64,000 nucleotides of DNA from an uncultured Actinomycetes bacterium (GCA_963716865.1 CAVQUF010000002.1:86316-150315), one strand, 5' to 3'. Shown: positions 18,940 to 27,246, counted from the first letter of the stretch. The notes: generated by a model not told the origin, from the sequence alone. Made by a program: numbers and translations.

Positions 18940-19535
18940 CCGATCACATCCACGCCGCCGAGCACCCCGAGTCCGATCGGACTCGGTCCGGCGGCTTCAC
19001 GCTCTGGTTCACCGGGCTCTCCGGTGCCGGCAAGACCACGATCGCGCACATCGTCGGGCCCGAGCTCGACCGGCGCGGCCTCGTCGTCGAGTACCTCGAC
19101 GGCGACACGGTGCGGACGCACCTCTCGAAGGGGCTCGGCTTCTCGAAGGAGGACCGCGACACGCACATCGAGCGCGTCGGCTGGGTCGCGTCGCGCCTGA
19201 CCCGCCAGGGCGGCGCCGTCATCACCGCGGCGATCTCGCCGTACGAGGAGACTCGAAGCAAGGCCAGGGCGATGATCGAGGACGTCGGCACCTTCGTCGA
19301 GGTCTACGTGAAGGCGTCGGTCGAGGAGTGCGCGACGCGCGACGTCAAGGGCCTGTACGAGAAGGCCTTCCGGGGCGAGATCAAGGAGTTCACCGGCGTG
19401 AGCGACCCCTACGAGGAGCCGTCGAGCCCGGAGCTGGTGGTCGACACGGAGCTGCTCAGCGCGGAGGAGAGCGCCGCGCTCGTCGTGGCGAGGCTCGAGG
19501 AGCTCGGACTCATTCGGGCCGAGGTGCCGGCGTGA
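18936..19535 (+). CDS. cysC: Adenylyl-sulfate kinase
   Basis: P-loop FTGLSGAGKTTIA. ATGA overlap with the cysH stop; the track ORF starts at 18900. Confidence 0.9.
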   Translation: MTDHIHAAEHPESDRTRSGGFTLWFTGLSGAGKTTIAHIVGPELDRRGLVVEYLDGDTVRTHLSKGLGFSKEDRDTHIERVGWVASRLTRQGGAVITAAISPYEETRSKARAMIEDVGTFVEVYVKASVEECATRDVKGLYEKAFRGEIKEFTGVSDPYEEPSSPELVVDTELLSAEESAALVVARLEELGLIRAEVPA

Positions 19536-20677
19536 CGCTGCTCGACGCACAGCCTCTGATCGCGCCGCACGGCGGGAGGCTCGTCGACCGGACCGGGCCG
19601 CGCCCGGACGCGGTCAAGCGGCTCGAGCAGATCCCGCTCACCTCGCGCGAGCTCTCCGACCTGGACATGCTCGCGAGCGGCGCGCTCTCGCCGCTGGAGG
19701 GCTTCATGGGCCGCCACGACTACGAGCGCGTGGTCGAGGAGATGCGGCTCGAGCGCGGGCTGCCGTGGGCGCTGCCGGTCTGCCTCGCGGTCGACCTGCC
19801 GCCGCAGGGTGACGAGGTCGCGCTGACGGACCAGAGCGGCCGCGCTCTCGCCGTGCTCGAGGTGGACGAGGTCTACGAGTACGACCGGGAACGCGAGGCG
19901 GAGCGCTGCTTCCGCACGACCGACGAGGCGCATCCGGGGGTTGCGCGCCTCTACGCGCAGAAGCCGTTCTACCTCGGAGGGCGCGTGACGGTCTTCGAGC
20001 GGCTCGAGGCTCCGTTCCCGGAGCTGGCGCTCGACCCGATCGAGACCCGGCGCGTGTTCGCCGAGCGGAGCTGGCGCCGCGTGGTCGGGTTCCAGACCCG
20101 CAACCCGATCCACCGCGCGCACGAGTACCTGACGAAGGGCGCGCTCGAGACCGTGGACGGGCTCCTGATCCACCCGCTCGTCGGCGAGACGAAGTCGGAC
20201 GACGTGCCGGTTGCGACGCGTGTCGAGTGCTACCGCGTCCTGGTGGACAACTACTACCCCGCCGACCGCGTGGTCGTCTCCGCGTTCCCCGCGGCGATGC
20301 GCTACGCAGGCCCGCGCGAGGCGATCTGGCACGCGATCTGCCGCAAGAACTACGGCTGCTCGCACTTCATCGTCGGCCGCGACCACGCGGGCGTGGGCGA
20401 CTACTACGGGACCTACGACGCGCAGGAGATCTTCGACGAGTTCGAGCCGCACGAGCTCGACATCGAGCCGATGTTCTTCGAGCACGCGTTCTACTGCCGC
20501 GTCTGCGGGCAGATGGCGACGCCGAAGACCTGCCCGCACGGCGGCGACGACCACGTCTTCCTCTCGGGCACGAAGGTGCGTGAGCTGCTCGCGGCCGGCG
20601 AGCTGCCGCCCGAGGAGTTCTCACGGCCCGAGGTGGCGGAGGTGCTGATCGAGAGCTACCGCGGCGTGCGCTCCTAG
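19532..20677 (+). CDS. sat: Sulfate adenylyltransferase (ATP sulfurylase)
   Basis: GFQTRNPIHRAHE and VGRDHAGVG motifs. GTGA overlap with the cysC stop; the upstream part of track ORF 19328.. overlaps cysC out of frame. Confidence 0.9.
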   Translation: MTLLDAQPLIAPHGGRLVDRTGPRPDAVKRLEQIPLTSRELSDLDMLASGALSPLEGFMGRHDYERVVEEMRLERGLPWALPVCLAVDLPPQGDEVALTDQSGRALAVLEVDEVYEYDREREAERCFRTTDEAHPGVARLYAQKPFYLGGRVTVFERLEAPFPELALDPIETRRVFAERSWRRVVGFQTRNPIHRAHEYLTKGALETVDGLLIHPLVGETKSDDVPVATRVECYRVLVDNYYPADRVVVSAFPAAMRYAGPREAIWHAICRKNYGCSHFIVGRDHAGVGDYYGTYDAQEIFDEFEPHELDIEPMFFEHAFYCRVCGQMATPKTCPHGGDDHVFLSGTKVRELLAAGELPPEEFSRPEVAEVLIESYRGVRS

Positions 20678-20683
20678 CCTCAT

Positions 20684-20846
20684 GGAGGGCTTGACGAAAC
20701 ATCGGCTGAGCCGCCGGGCCGCGCTGCTCGCCCCGATGCTGCGTCCTCAGTCGCGCACGTACCTTCCCGGTACGCACGCTCCCTGCGTCCTTGCGTCGGA
20801 ACGAGCATCGCACCCCGGCGACGAGCGACGTTCCGCCAAGCCCTCC
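20684..20846 (+). promoter_or_regulatory. Candidate structured leader: 10-nt inverted repeat GGAGGGCTTG (20684..20693) / CAAGCCCTCC (20837..20846) closing the whole sat-tauE spacer
   Basis: Perfect complementarity read directly. The 3' arm ends 2 nt before the GTG at 20849. Internal hairpin CGTACC-TTCCC-GGTACG. Confidence 0.35.
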
Positions 20847-20848
20847 CG

Positions 20849-21748
20849 GTGACCTGGCAGTTCACCCTCAGCGGCTTCCTGATCGGCGCCCTCGTCGGGA
20901 TGACCGGGATGGGCGGGGGCTCGCTACTGACGCCGATCCTGGTCATCTTCTTCGGCTTCAAGCCGACGCTCGCGGTCGGCACGGACATCCTCCACGGCGC
21001 GATCTTCAAGAGCTTCGGCGCGGTCCGGCACCGGCGTCTGGGCACGGTCCACGCGCGCCTGACCTTCTGGATGTTCCTGGGCTCGGGGCCTATGTCGCTG
21101 CTGGGCGTCGCCGTGGCGACCTGGCTCTCGCACCACTCGGGGAGCGCCGAGTCGATCGAGGCCTACGCCGTCGGCGTGGCTCTCGTGATCGGCGGGGCCG
21201 GTCTCGTGGCGAAGACGTTCGTCAAGGTCGGCGTCCAGCCCGACGATGCGCCGTTCCTGCTCGAGCGGCGTGACCGTCTGATCGCGTTCACGCTCGGGGC
21301 GGTCTGCGGCTTCGTCGTCGGCCTGACCTCGGTCGGCAGCGGCACGTTCTTCGGGCTCGTGATGGTGATGGTCTTCCCGCTCACGCTGCCGAAGATCGTC
21401 GGCACAGACATCTTCCACGCCGCCGCGCTGTTGTGGGTGGCCGGGTTCGGGCACCTCGTCGCGGGGAATGTCGACCTGCGGACGATGGCCTGGCTCCTGA
21501 CCGGATCGATCCCGGGCGTGCTGCTCACGAGCCACTTCACGCTGAAGCTTCCCGACCGGGCCCTGCGCCTCGGCCTCGCCTGCGTCCTGATGCTGAGCGG
21601 GATCAAGCTGATCGACTTCGAGGGCGCGACCTACGTGATCGCCTTCGGCGCGGCCGTCGCGTTCCTCGGTTTCGCGTTCTGGGCCCTCGTCGCCTGGATC
21701 GGCCGCAGGTCTCATCCTGAGATCGCGTCTAGAACGGGAAGCGGATAG
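20849..21748 (+). CDS. TauE/SafE-family anion (sulfite/organosulfonate) exporter
   Basis: GMTGMGGGSLLTPILV near the N-terminus and a duplicated 4-TM architecture; 299 aa. Confidence 0.85.
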   Translation: MTWQFTLSGFLIGALVGMTGMGGGSLLTPILVIFFGFKPTLAVGTDILHGAIFKSFGAVRHRRLGTVHARLTFWMFLGSGPMSLLGVAVATWLSHHSGSAESIEAYAVGVALVIGGAGLVAKTFVKVGVQPDDAPFLLERRDRLIAFTLGAVCGFVVGLTSVGSGTFFGLVMVMVFPLTLPKIVGTDIFHAAALLWVAGFGHLVAGNVDLRTMAWLLTGSIPGVLLTSHFTLKLPDRALRLGLACVLMLSGIKLIDFEGATYVIAFGAAVAFLGFAFWALVAWIGRRSHPEIASRTGSG

Positions 21749-21762
21749 CCAAACGAGACTGA

Positions 21763-21861
21763 GGCGCCGCTTGCGGCGCCGTCCTCAGGACGCGCGGGCT
21801 TACCCGCGCGTCCGTCTGAAATGACCGGTCGAACCGGTGGACGTCTGGGAAACCGGACTAG
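21763..21861 (+). repeat. Repeat family A, copy 3 (best-formed copy)
   Basis: GGCGCCGCTTGCGGCGCC GTCCTCAG GACGCGCGGG-CTTA-CCCGCGCGTC CGTCTGAAATGACCGGTCGA, then CCGGT..ACCGG..CTAG. Confidence 0.85.
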
Positions 21862-21874
21862 GATCCAGCGGGCG

Positions 21875-22768
21875 ATGCGGCTTGTCTGGGTCAGCTTCGA
21901 CGTGATGGGCCGCGACTGCCTGGCAGCCGCCGCCGACGCGGGTGCGGAGGTTGCCGCGGTCGTGACCCTGCCCGGACCGATCGATCGGGACCGTTCCGGC
22001 CAGTGCTCGTTCGACGAGATCGCCGAACGGCTCGGCGCGCGCCTGATCGAGACGGCCGACATCAACTCGCCGCAGACGGTCGGCGCGGTGCGCGAGACCG
22101 ACCCGGACATGATCTTCGTCGTCGGCTGGTCGCAGCTCGTGCTGGACGAGTTCATTGGCATCCCGCGGCACGGCGTCTTCGGGATGCACCCGACGCTGCT
22201 CCCGAGGCACCGCGGCCGCGCCGCGATCCCGTGGGCGATCCTGAGCGGGCTCGCGACGACCGGCGTGACGTTGTTCGAGATCGCCGACGGCACGGCCGAC
22301 TCCGGGCCGATCGTCGGCCAGGTCGAGGTCCCGCTCGCCCACGACGAGACCGCGGCGACGCTCTACGAGAAGGTCACGGAGGCGCATGTCGAGCTGGTGC
22401 GCCGGTTCGTGCCGCAGCTCCTGGACGGGACCGCGCCGCGGGTCCCTCAGGACACACGCCGCGCGAGTGCGTGGCCGAAGCGGACCCCGTCGGACGGGAT
22501 CATCGACTGGGAGACGCGCGCCTCGTACCTCCACGACTGGGTGCGCGCCCAGACGAGGCCGTATCCGGGCGCGTTCACGTTTCTCGACGACGCGAAGGTG
22601 GTCGTCTGGCGGGCGCGGCCGGTCGAGCTCGAAAAGGAAGCGCCGGCGGGGACGGTCGTCGGCCGGGACGGGGAGGACGCGATCGTGGCCTGCGGTGACG
22701 GCGGGCTCGTGCTGGAGGAGGTGGAGGGCGTGGCCGAGCCGCTGCCCGTCGGCGCCCGGCTCGGATGA
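21875..22768 (+). CDS. Formyltransferase (Fmt/ArnA-N-like; probable sugar N-formyltransferase)
   Basis: FGMHPTLLPRHRGRAAIPWAI (HxSLLPxxRG-type) and a C-terminal Fmt-like domain. ATG 21875; the track ORF starts inside repeat A. Confidence 0.85.
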   Translation: MRLVWVSFDVMGRDCLAAAADAGAEVAAVVTLPGPIDRDRSGQCSFDEIAERLGARLIETADINSPQTVGAVRETDPDMIFVVGWSQLVLDEFIGIPRHGVFGMHPTLLPRHRGRAAIPWAILSGLATTGVTLFEIADGTADSGPIVGQVEVPLAHDETAATLYEKVTEAHVELVRRFVPQLLDGTAPRVPQDTRRASAWPKRTPSDGIIDWETRASYLHDWVRAQTRPYPGAFTFLDDAKVVVWRARPVELEKEAPAGTVVGRDGEDAIVACGDGGLVLEEVEGVAEPLPVGARLG

Positions 22769-23436
22769 ACGTCCTCGTCTTCGCGGCGCACCCGGACGAC
22801 GAGGTGCTCGGGATGGGCGGCACGCTCTGCCTACACGCGGCCGAGCGGGGAGACGACGTGCGGGTCGTCTGCGTGACCGACGGCAGCTCGACGCAGTACC
22901 CGGGCGACCCGAAGGCGCGCGAGCAGAAGAACGACGAGGCGAAGCGGGCCGCGGCCGTGCTCGGCGTGACCGACTACGTCCACCTCGACCTGCCGGACAT
23001 GCGGCTCGACACGCTGCCGCACGTCGAGATCAACCGCGTGGTCGAGGAGCACGTCGGCGAGGTCGGGCCGGCGGTCGTCTACACCGCCCACCCCGACGTG
23101 AACCACGATCACCGCGCGCTGTTCGACTCGGTGGCCGTCGCCACGCGGCCGACGCCGGGGCAGCCGGTTCGGCGAGTGCTCACCTACGCGCCGACCTCGA
23201 GCACCGAGTGGACTCCCGCTGCGACGAACTGGTTCGTCCCGAACTGGTTCGTGGACGTGACGGCGACGCTCGAGCGCAAGCTCGAGGCCTTCGCCTGCTT
23301 CGAGACCGAGCGGCGCGACTACCCCCATCCCCGCAGCGACCGCGCGCTCCGGGCGCATGCCGAGTTCTACGGCGCGAGCGTCGGCTGCGAGTACGCCGAG
23401 CCCTTCGTCCTCGTCCGGAATGTCGAGCCGTCCTGA
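22765..23436 (+). CDS. PIG-L/LmbE-family N-acetylglucosaminyl deacetylase
   Basis: VLVFAAHPDDEVLGMGGT; ATGA overlap upstream. Confidence 0.9.
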   Translation: MNVLVFAAHPDDEVLGMGGTLCLHAAERGDDVRVVCVTDGSSTQYPGDPKAREQKNDEAKRAAAVLGVTDYVHLDLPDMRLDTLPHVEINRVVEEHVGEVGPAVVYTAHPDVNHDHRALFDSVAVATRPTPGQPVRRVLTYAPTSSTEWTPAATNWFVPNWFVDVTATLERKLEAFACFETERRDYPHPRSDRALRAHAEFYGASVGCEYAEPFVLVRNVEPS

Positions 23437-24364
23437 CCGCCTGCGCGCCGCGCGCGTGCTGGTGGCCGTCGTCCTGACCGGGCTGCTCGGCGGAACCGCC
23501 GCCGCGTTCGCGCTCACGGAGCAGCTGAAGCTCGAGCGCAGCCCCGTCTTCCGCACGCACGTCGGGAAGCTGCTCGGGCCGAACTGCCGCTGCCGGCTCC
23601 GGCAGATCCCGATCGACTTCGTGCTGCGCAAGCCGGACCGCCTGACCGTCGTGATCGTCGACTCGGGCGATCACGAGGTTCGGACGCTCCTCCGCTCGAT
23701 CCGACGGCCCAAGGGCCTCCAGCAGCTCACGTGGAACGGGCGCGACAACGCCGGGCAGGTCGTGCCTGCGGGCACGTACAAGCCGCGGATCCACCTGGCA
23801 CGGGAGCACCGGACGATCCTGATGCCGAACCCGATCACGGTCGATCCGACGGCGCCGCGGATCACGAGCGCGTTCCTGACGCCGGACGTCTTCTCGCCGG
23901 ACGGGGACGGCAGGCGCGACATCGTCTACGTCCACTACCGGGCGACCGAGCCGGTCCGGGCGATCCTGTACGCGAATGGCCGGCAGCGGGTCATGCTCCG
24001 ACGCTACGCGGACAGCGGGGTCGCACGCTGGCGCGGGACGGGCCTTCCGGCCGGGCGGTACCGGCTGACCCTGCGCACCGTGGACATCGCCGGCAACCTC
24101 TCGGCTCCGGTCTCGCTGGGAACGGTCCGGATCCGGTTCATCTCGGTGCGCCCGCACGTCCTGCACGCCCTTCCTCGCGCGCGCATCGGCTTCAAGGTCG
24201 TGACCGACGCGAGGGAATTCAGGTGGCGCCTGGGGCACAGCGGCGGCCGGTCGCGCCCCGGGCTGCTGGTGCTGTCTGCCCCCGTGCCCGGCCGCTACCG
24301 GCTGGTCGTGACCGCGAACGGCCACTCGGCGCAGGCGATCCTGTTCGTGGCGGCGGCCGGATGA
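23420..24364 (+). CDS. Membrane-anchored protein with FlgD-Ig-like domains
   Basis: N-terminal TM VLVAVVLTGLLGG. FSPDGDGRRD...GRYRLTLRTVDIAGN is an FlgD-Ig-type pattern. ATG 23420 (track ORF 23357). Confidence 0.6.
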   Translation: MSSRPDRLRAARVLVAVVLTGLLGGTAAAFALTEQLKLERSPVFRTHVGKLLGPNCRCRLRQIPIDFVLRKPDRLTVVIVDSGDHEVRTLLRSIRRPKGLQQLTWNGRDNAGQVVPAGTYKPRIHLAREHRTILMPNPITVDPTAPRITSAFLTPDVFSPDGDGRRDIVYVHYRATEPVRAILYANGRQRVMLRRYADSGVARWRGTGLPAGRYRLTLRTVDIAGNLSAPVSLGTVRIRFISVRPHVLHALPRARIGFKVVTDAREFRWRLGHSGGRSRPGLLVLSAPVPGRYRLVVTANGHSAQAILFVAAAG

Positions 24365-25956
24365 GCTCCGAGCTCGCGCGGATCGCCGGGCCGCTCGGGG
24401 CGGCCGGGCTTGCGGCGCTCATGCTCGCGTCCGGGCGCACCTACCGGCTTGCCGGGCTCGCTGCCTGGGCAGCAGGCGTCGGCGCGCTCGCCGCCTACCT
24501 CGCGCCCTCGGGCCACACGGCGCTCCTCGGCGCCGCGGGGATCCTCGGGCTCGCGCTCGCGGCCGGAGGCGCCTGGCTGCTCGTCCGGTGGCCGTGGCTC
24601 CTGGCCCTGGCCGTCCTCGCGTGCGTTCCGGCCCGGATCCCGGTCTCGGTCGGCTCCACGCAGGCGAACCTGCTCGTGCCGCTCTACGGCTTCGTCGCGG
24701 CCGCCGCGCTGGCGCTCGCCTGGGAACTCGTCAAAGGAGAAGATCGGCAGCGCGAGCTCGGCCCGCTCGCGCTGCCGCTCGCCGCGTTCGTCGGCTGGAG
24801 CGGACTCACGCTCGCGTGGGCCGACGACATCCGCCAGGGCTCGATCGAGCTGCTGTTCTTCTTCCTCCCGTTCGGCCTGCTCGCGGTCTCGCTTTCACGG
24901 CTGAGCTGGGACCGGCGCTGGGCACGGGTCCTCTACGGGGAGCTGATCCTGATGGCGCTCGTGTTCGCGGTCGTCGGCGTCGAGCAGTGGATCAACCGCG
25001 ACATCTTCTGGAACCCCAAGCTGCTCGTCGGGAACATCTACGCGCCGTTCTACCGGGTCAACTCGGTCTTCTGGGACCCGTCGATCTACGGGCGCTTCCT
25101 CGTCGTCGCGATCCTCGCGAGCCTCGTCATCGCGCTCTTCTCCCGGTCGCCGCGAGCCGTGATCGCCGCGGTGGTCGCTATCGGAGCGACGTGGGTCGGG
25201 CTGCTCTTCTCGTTCTCGCAGTCGAGCTTCATCGCGCTGATCGCCGGCGTGATCGTGGCGGCGGTGTTCGCCTGGCGGTGGCGGGCGCTCCTGCTGGTGG
25301 CCCTCGCCGCGGCGGTCTTCCTCGTCGCGGCCGCGGCCGCGCCGAACGTCCGCCACGCGATCACCCACCACGCCAGCGGCGGCCTGAACCGCGTGACGAG
25401 CGGACGCTCGAAGCTCGTCTCGAACGGCATCAAGATCGCCGAGCATCACCCCGTGGCCGGCGTCGGGATCGGCGGCTTCAGGCACGCCTACGCGAAGCAG
25501 GTTGGCCTCCGCGGCAAGGAGCCGGCCGCGGCCGCCTCGCACAACACGCCGATCACGGTCGCCGCCGAGACGGGCGTGCCCGGCCTGCTGCTGCTCGGCT
25601 GGGTGCTCGTCGCCGGCTTCCTCTTCACGTTCCGCCGCGCGGGGCACGACCTCGCGGGCATGGCCGCGCTGGTCTTCGGGCTCGTCCTCGTCTCGATCGG
25701 GGTCCACAGCCTCTTCTACAACGCGTTCTTCGAGGATCCGACCGTCTGGGCCGCGCTCGGCCTGGCCGCCGTCGTCTCGAGGCAGCCGCGGGCCCCGCGG
25801 AAGCAGTCCTCAGCGGGCGGCCGTGACGAGCGCCCGCAACCGCCGCAGCTCGACCGGGAGGTAGAAGCCGAGCGGGAGCAGGACCAGCGGGTAGACGGCC
25901 GCCAGGGCGACCGCGCCCGCGAGCGGGACGTGGAGCGCCTTCCCGAGCGCGGTTAG
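24361..25956 (+). CDS. O-antigen ligase/polymerase family (Wzy_C-like) membrane protein, copy 1
   Basis: Polytopic. LFSFSQSSFIAL and SHNTPITVAAETGVPG motifs. ATGA overlap upstream. The last ~147 nt overlap the convergent wzx-like gene. Confidence 0.8.
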   Translation: MSSELARIAGPLGAAGLAALMLASGRTYRLAGLAAWAAGVGALAAYLAPSGHTALLGAAGILGLALAAGGAWLLVRWPWLLALAVLACVPARIPVSVGSTQANLLVPLYGFVAAAALALAWELVKGEDRQRELGPLALPLAAFVGWSGLTLAWADDIRQGSIELLFFFLPFGLLAVSLSRLSWDRRWARVLYGELILMALVFAVVGVEQWINRDIFWNPKLLVGNIYAPFYRVNSVFWDPSIYGRFLVVAILASLVIALFSRSPRAVIAAVVAIGATWVGLLFSFSQSSFIALIAGVIVAAVFAWRWRALLLVALAAAVFLVAAAAAPNVRHAITHHASGGLNRVTSGRSKLVSNGIKIAEHHPVAGVGIGGFRHAYAKQVGLRGKEPAAAASHNTPITVAAETGVPGLLLLGWVLVAGFLFTFRRAGHDLAGMAALVFGLVLVSIGVHSLFYNAFFEDPTVWAALGLAAVVSRQPRAPRKQSSAGGRDERPQPPQLDREVEAEREQDQRVDGRQGDRARERDVERLPERG

Positions 25957-27246
25957 CCCGACGGCCACCCCGACCGCGAGCACGATCCGGCGCCACTGGT
26001 AGCCGACGTGGAACACCTGCTGGGCGCGCACGGTCATGCCGAGGAACATGACGGTGTAGGCGACGAGGGTCGCCGCCGCGGCGCCCATCATCCCGTAGGG
26101 CGGGATCAGCACGAGGCAGAGCCCGATGTCCACGGCCGCGCCGATGCCGGTCACGACCCAGTTGAACTGCGTCTGCTTCGCCCGGCCGATCCCGATCGAC
26201 ATCACGTTGAAGGCGATGAAGGCCGTGCCTCCGTACACGAGCAGCGGCACGACCTGAGACGCGCCGTAGAAGCGCGGCCCGGTCAGCGCGCGGACGATCC
26301 AGGGCGAGAGCAGCGAGAGGGCCAGCGACGCCCAGCAGCAGATGTAGACGACGTACGTCAGGACGAAGGCGTACGTGCGCTTCGCCTCGGAGTCGTCCTC
26401 GATCGAGTACGCGAAGGCCGGCCAGGCGGTCCGGAGCGCGATCAGGAGCAGCAGCAATGCGCTCGAGACGCGCACGCCGACCGAGTAGAGGCCGACCTCC
26501 GCGGCGTTCTTCATCCGGAGCAGGAGGAAACGGTCGGCGAAGTCGATCGCCCAGAGCGCGAGCCCGGAGGGAACGAGCGGGAGGCCGAAGCGCTGCATCT
26601 GCCGGAAGAGCGGCCGGTCGAACTCGAGCCCGAGCTGGAAGCGCCGATAGGCCAGCAGCGCGAGGTAGACGAGGAGCGTGCCGGTGAAGTTGCCGACGAT
26701 CACGCCGACCGCGCCCTTGTGGAGGACGGCGACGAGCTCGATCGTCGCGCCGACCGTGACCACGACGTTCACGAGCGTCGCCGCGACGTACGCGACCGAC
26801 CGCTCCTCGACGCGGAAGAGCGACGTCAGCTGCTCGTAGTTCATCTGCGCCCAGACGAGCACGAAGGCGGCGCGCACGAGGTTCGCCTGCGACGACGTCG
26901 AGAAGAGCCAGTCCGAGATCTGCGGCGCGAACGCGGAGCCGAGCGCGAGCGCGAGGGTCGCCATCCCCATCGTGAACCAGAAGGAGGTGCGGACGACGCG
27001 GATGCGCCCGCGCTCGTCGGGGGCGTCGAAGTAGAAGCGGAAGAACGCCATCGAGATCCCGGCGCGGAAGACGATCACGAGCACGACCGAGAGCGCGATC
27101 AGCGTGTCCACGCGCCCGAGCTCCGTCCGCGTCAGGTAGCGCGTGACGACCGGCAGGAGGAAGAGCCCGATCAGCCGCGCGACGATCGCGCCCAGCCCGT
27201 AGATGGCCGAGTGCTTGCCGAGTCGCCAGAGCTGCGTTCCTAGCAC
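25810..27246 (-). CDS. Wzx-type polysaccharide flippase (MOP superfamily)
   Basis: About 12-14 TM helices from LWRLGKHSAIYGLGAIVARLIGLFLLPVVTRYL onward. GTG at 27246; the upstream part of track ORF 25810..28119 is antisense to the epimerase. Confidence 0.85.
   Translation of the reverse strand: MLGTQLWRLGKHSAIYGLGAIVARLIGLFLLPVVTRYLTRTELGRVDTLIALSVVLVIVFRAGISMAFFRFYFDAPDERGRIRVVRTSFWFTMGMATLALALGSAFAPQISDWLFSTSSQANLVRAAFVLVWAQMNYEQLTSLFRVEERSVAYVAATLVNVVVTVGATIELVAVLHKGAVGVIVGNFTGTLLVYLALLAYRRFQLGLEFDRPLFRQMQRFGLPLVPSGLALWAIDFADRFLLLRMKNAAEVGLYSVGVRVSSALLLLLIALRTAWPAFAYSIEDDSEAKRTYAFVLTYVVYICCWASLALSLLSPWIVRALTGPRFYGASQVVPLLVYGGTAFIAFNVMSIGIGRAKQTQFNWVVTGIGAAVDIGLCLVLIPPYGMMGAAAATLVAYTVMFLGMTVRAQQVFHVGYQWRRIVLAVGVAVGLTALGKALHVPLAGAVALAAVYPLVLLPLGFYLPVELRRLRALVTAAR

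Noticed and set aside
20691-20696. TTGACG at the start of the sat-tauE spacer as a -35 element of an internal promoter.
   Set aside because: There is no acceptable TAnnnT -10 hexamer at 16 to 18 nt spacing, so the promoter call is unsupported.
25810-25956. A 147-nt convergent overlap between the O-antigen-ligase-like gene and the wzx-like gene, as a possible antisense regulatory arrangement.
   Set aside because: The overlapping tail of the plus-strand ORF is an Arg/Glu/Asp-rich low-complexity run, most simply explained by a late stop codon in GC-rich sequence. There is no independent evidence of function.
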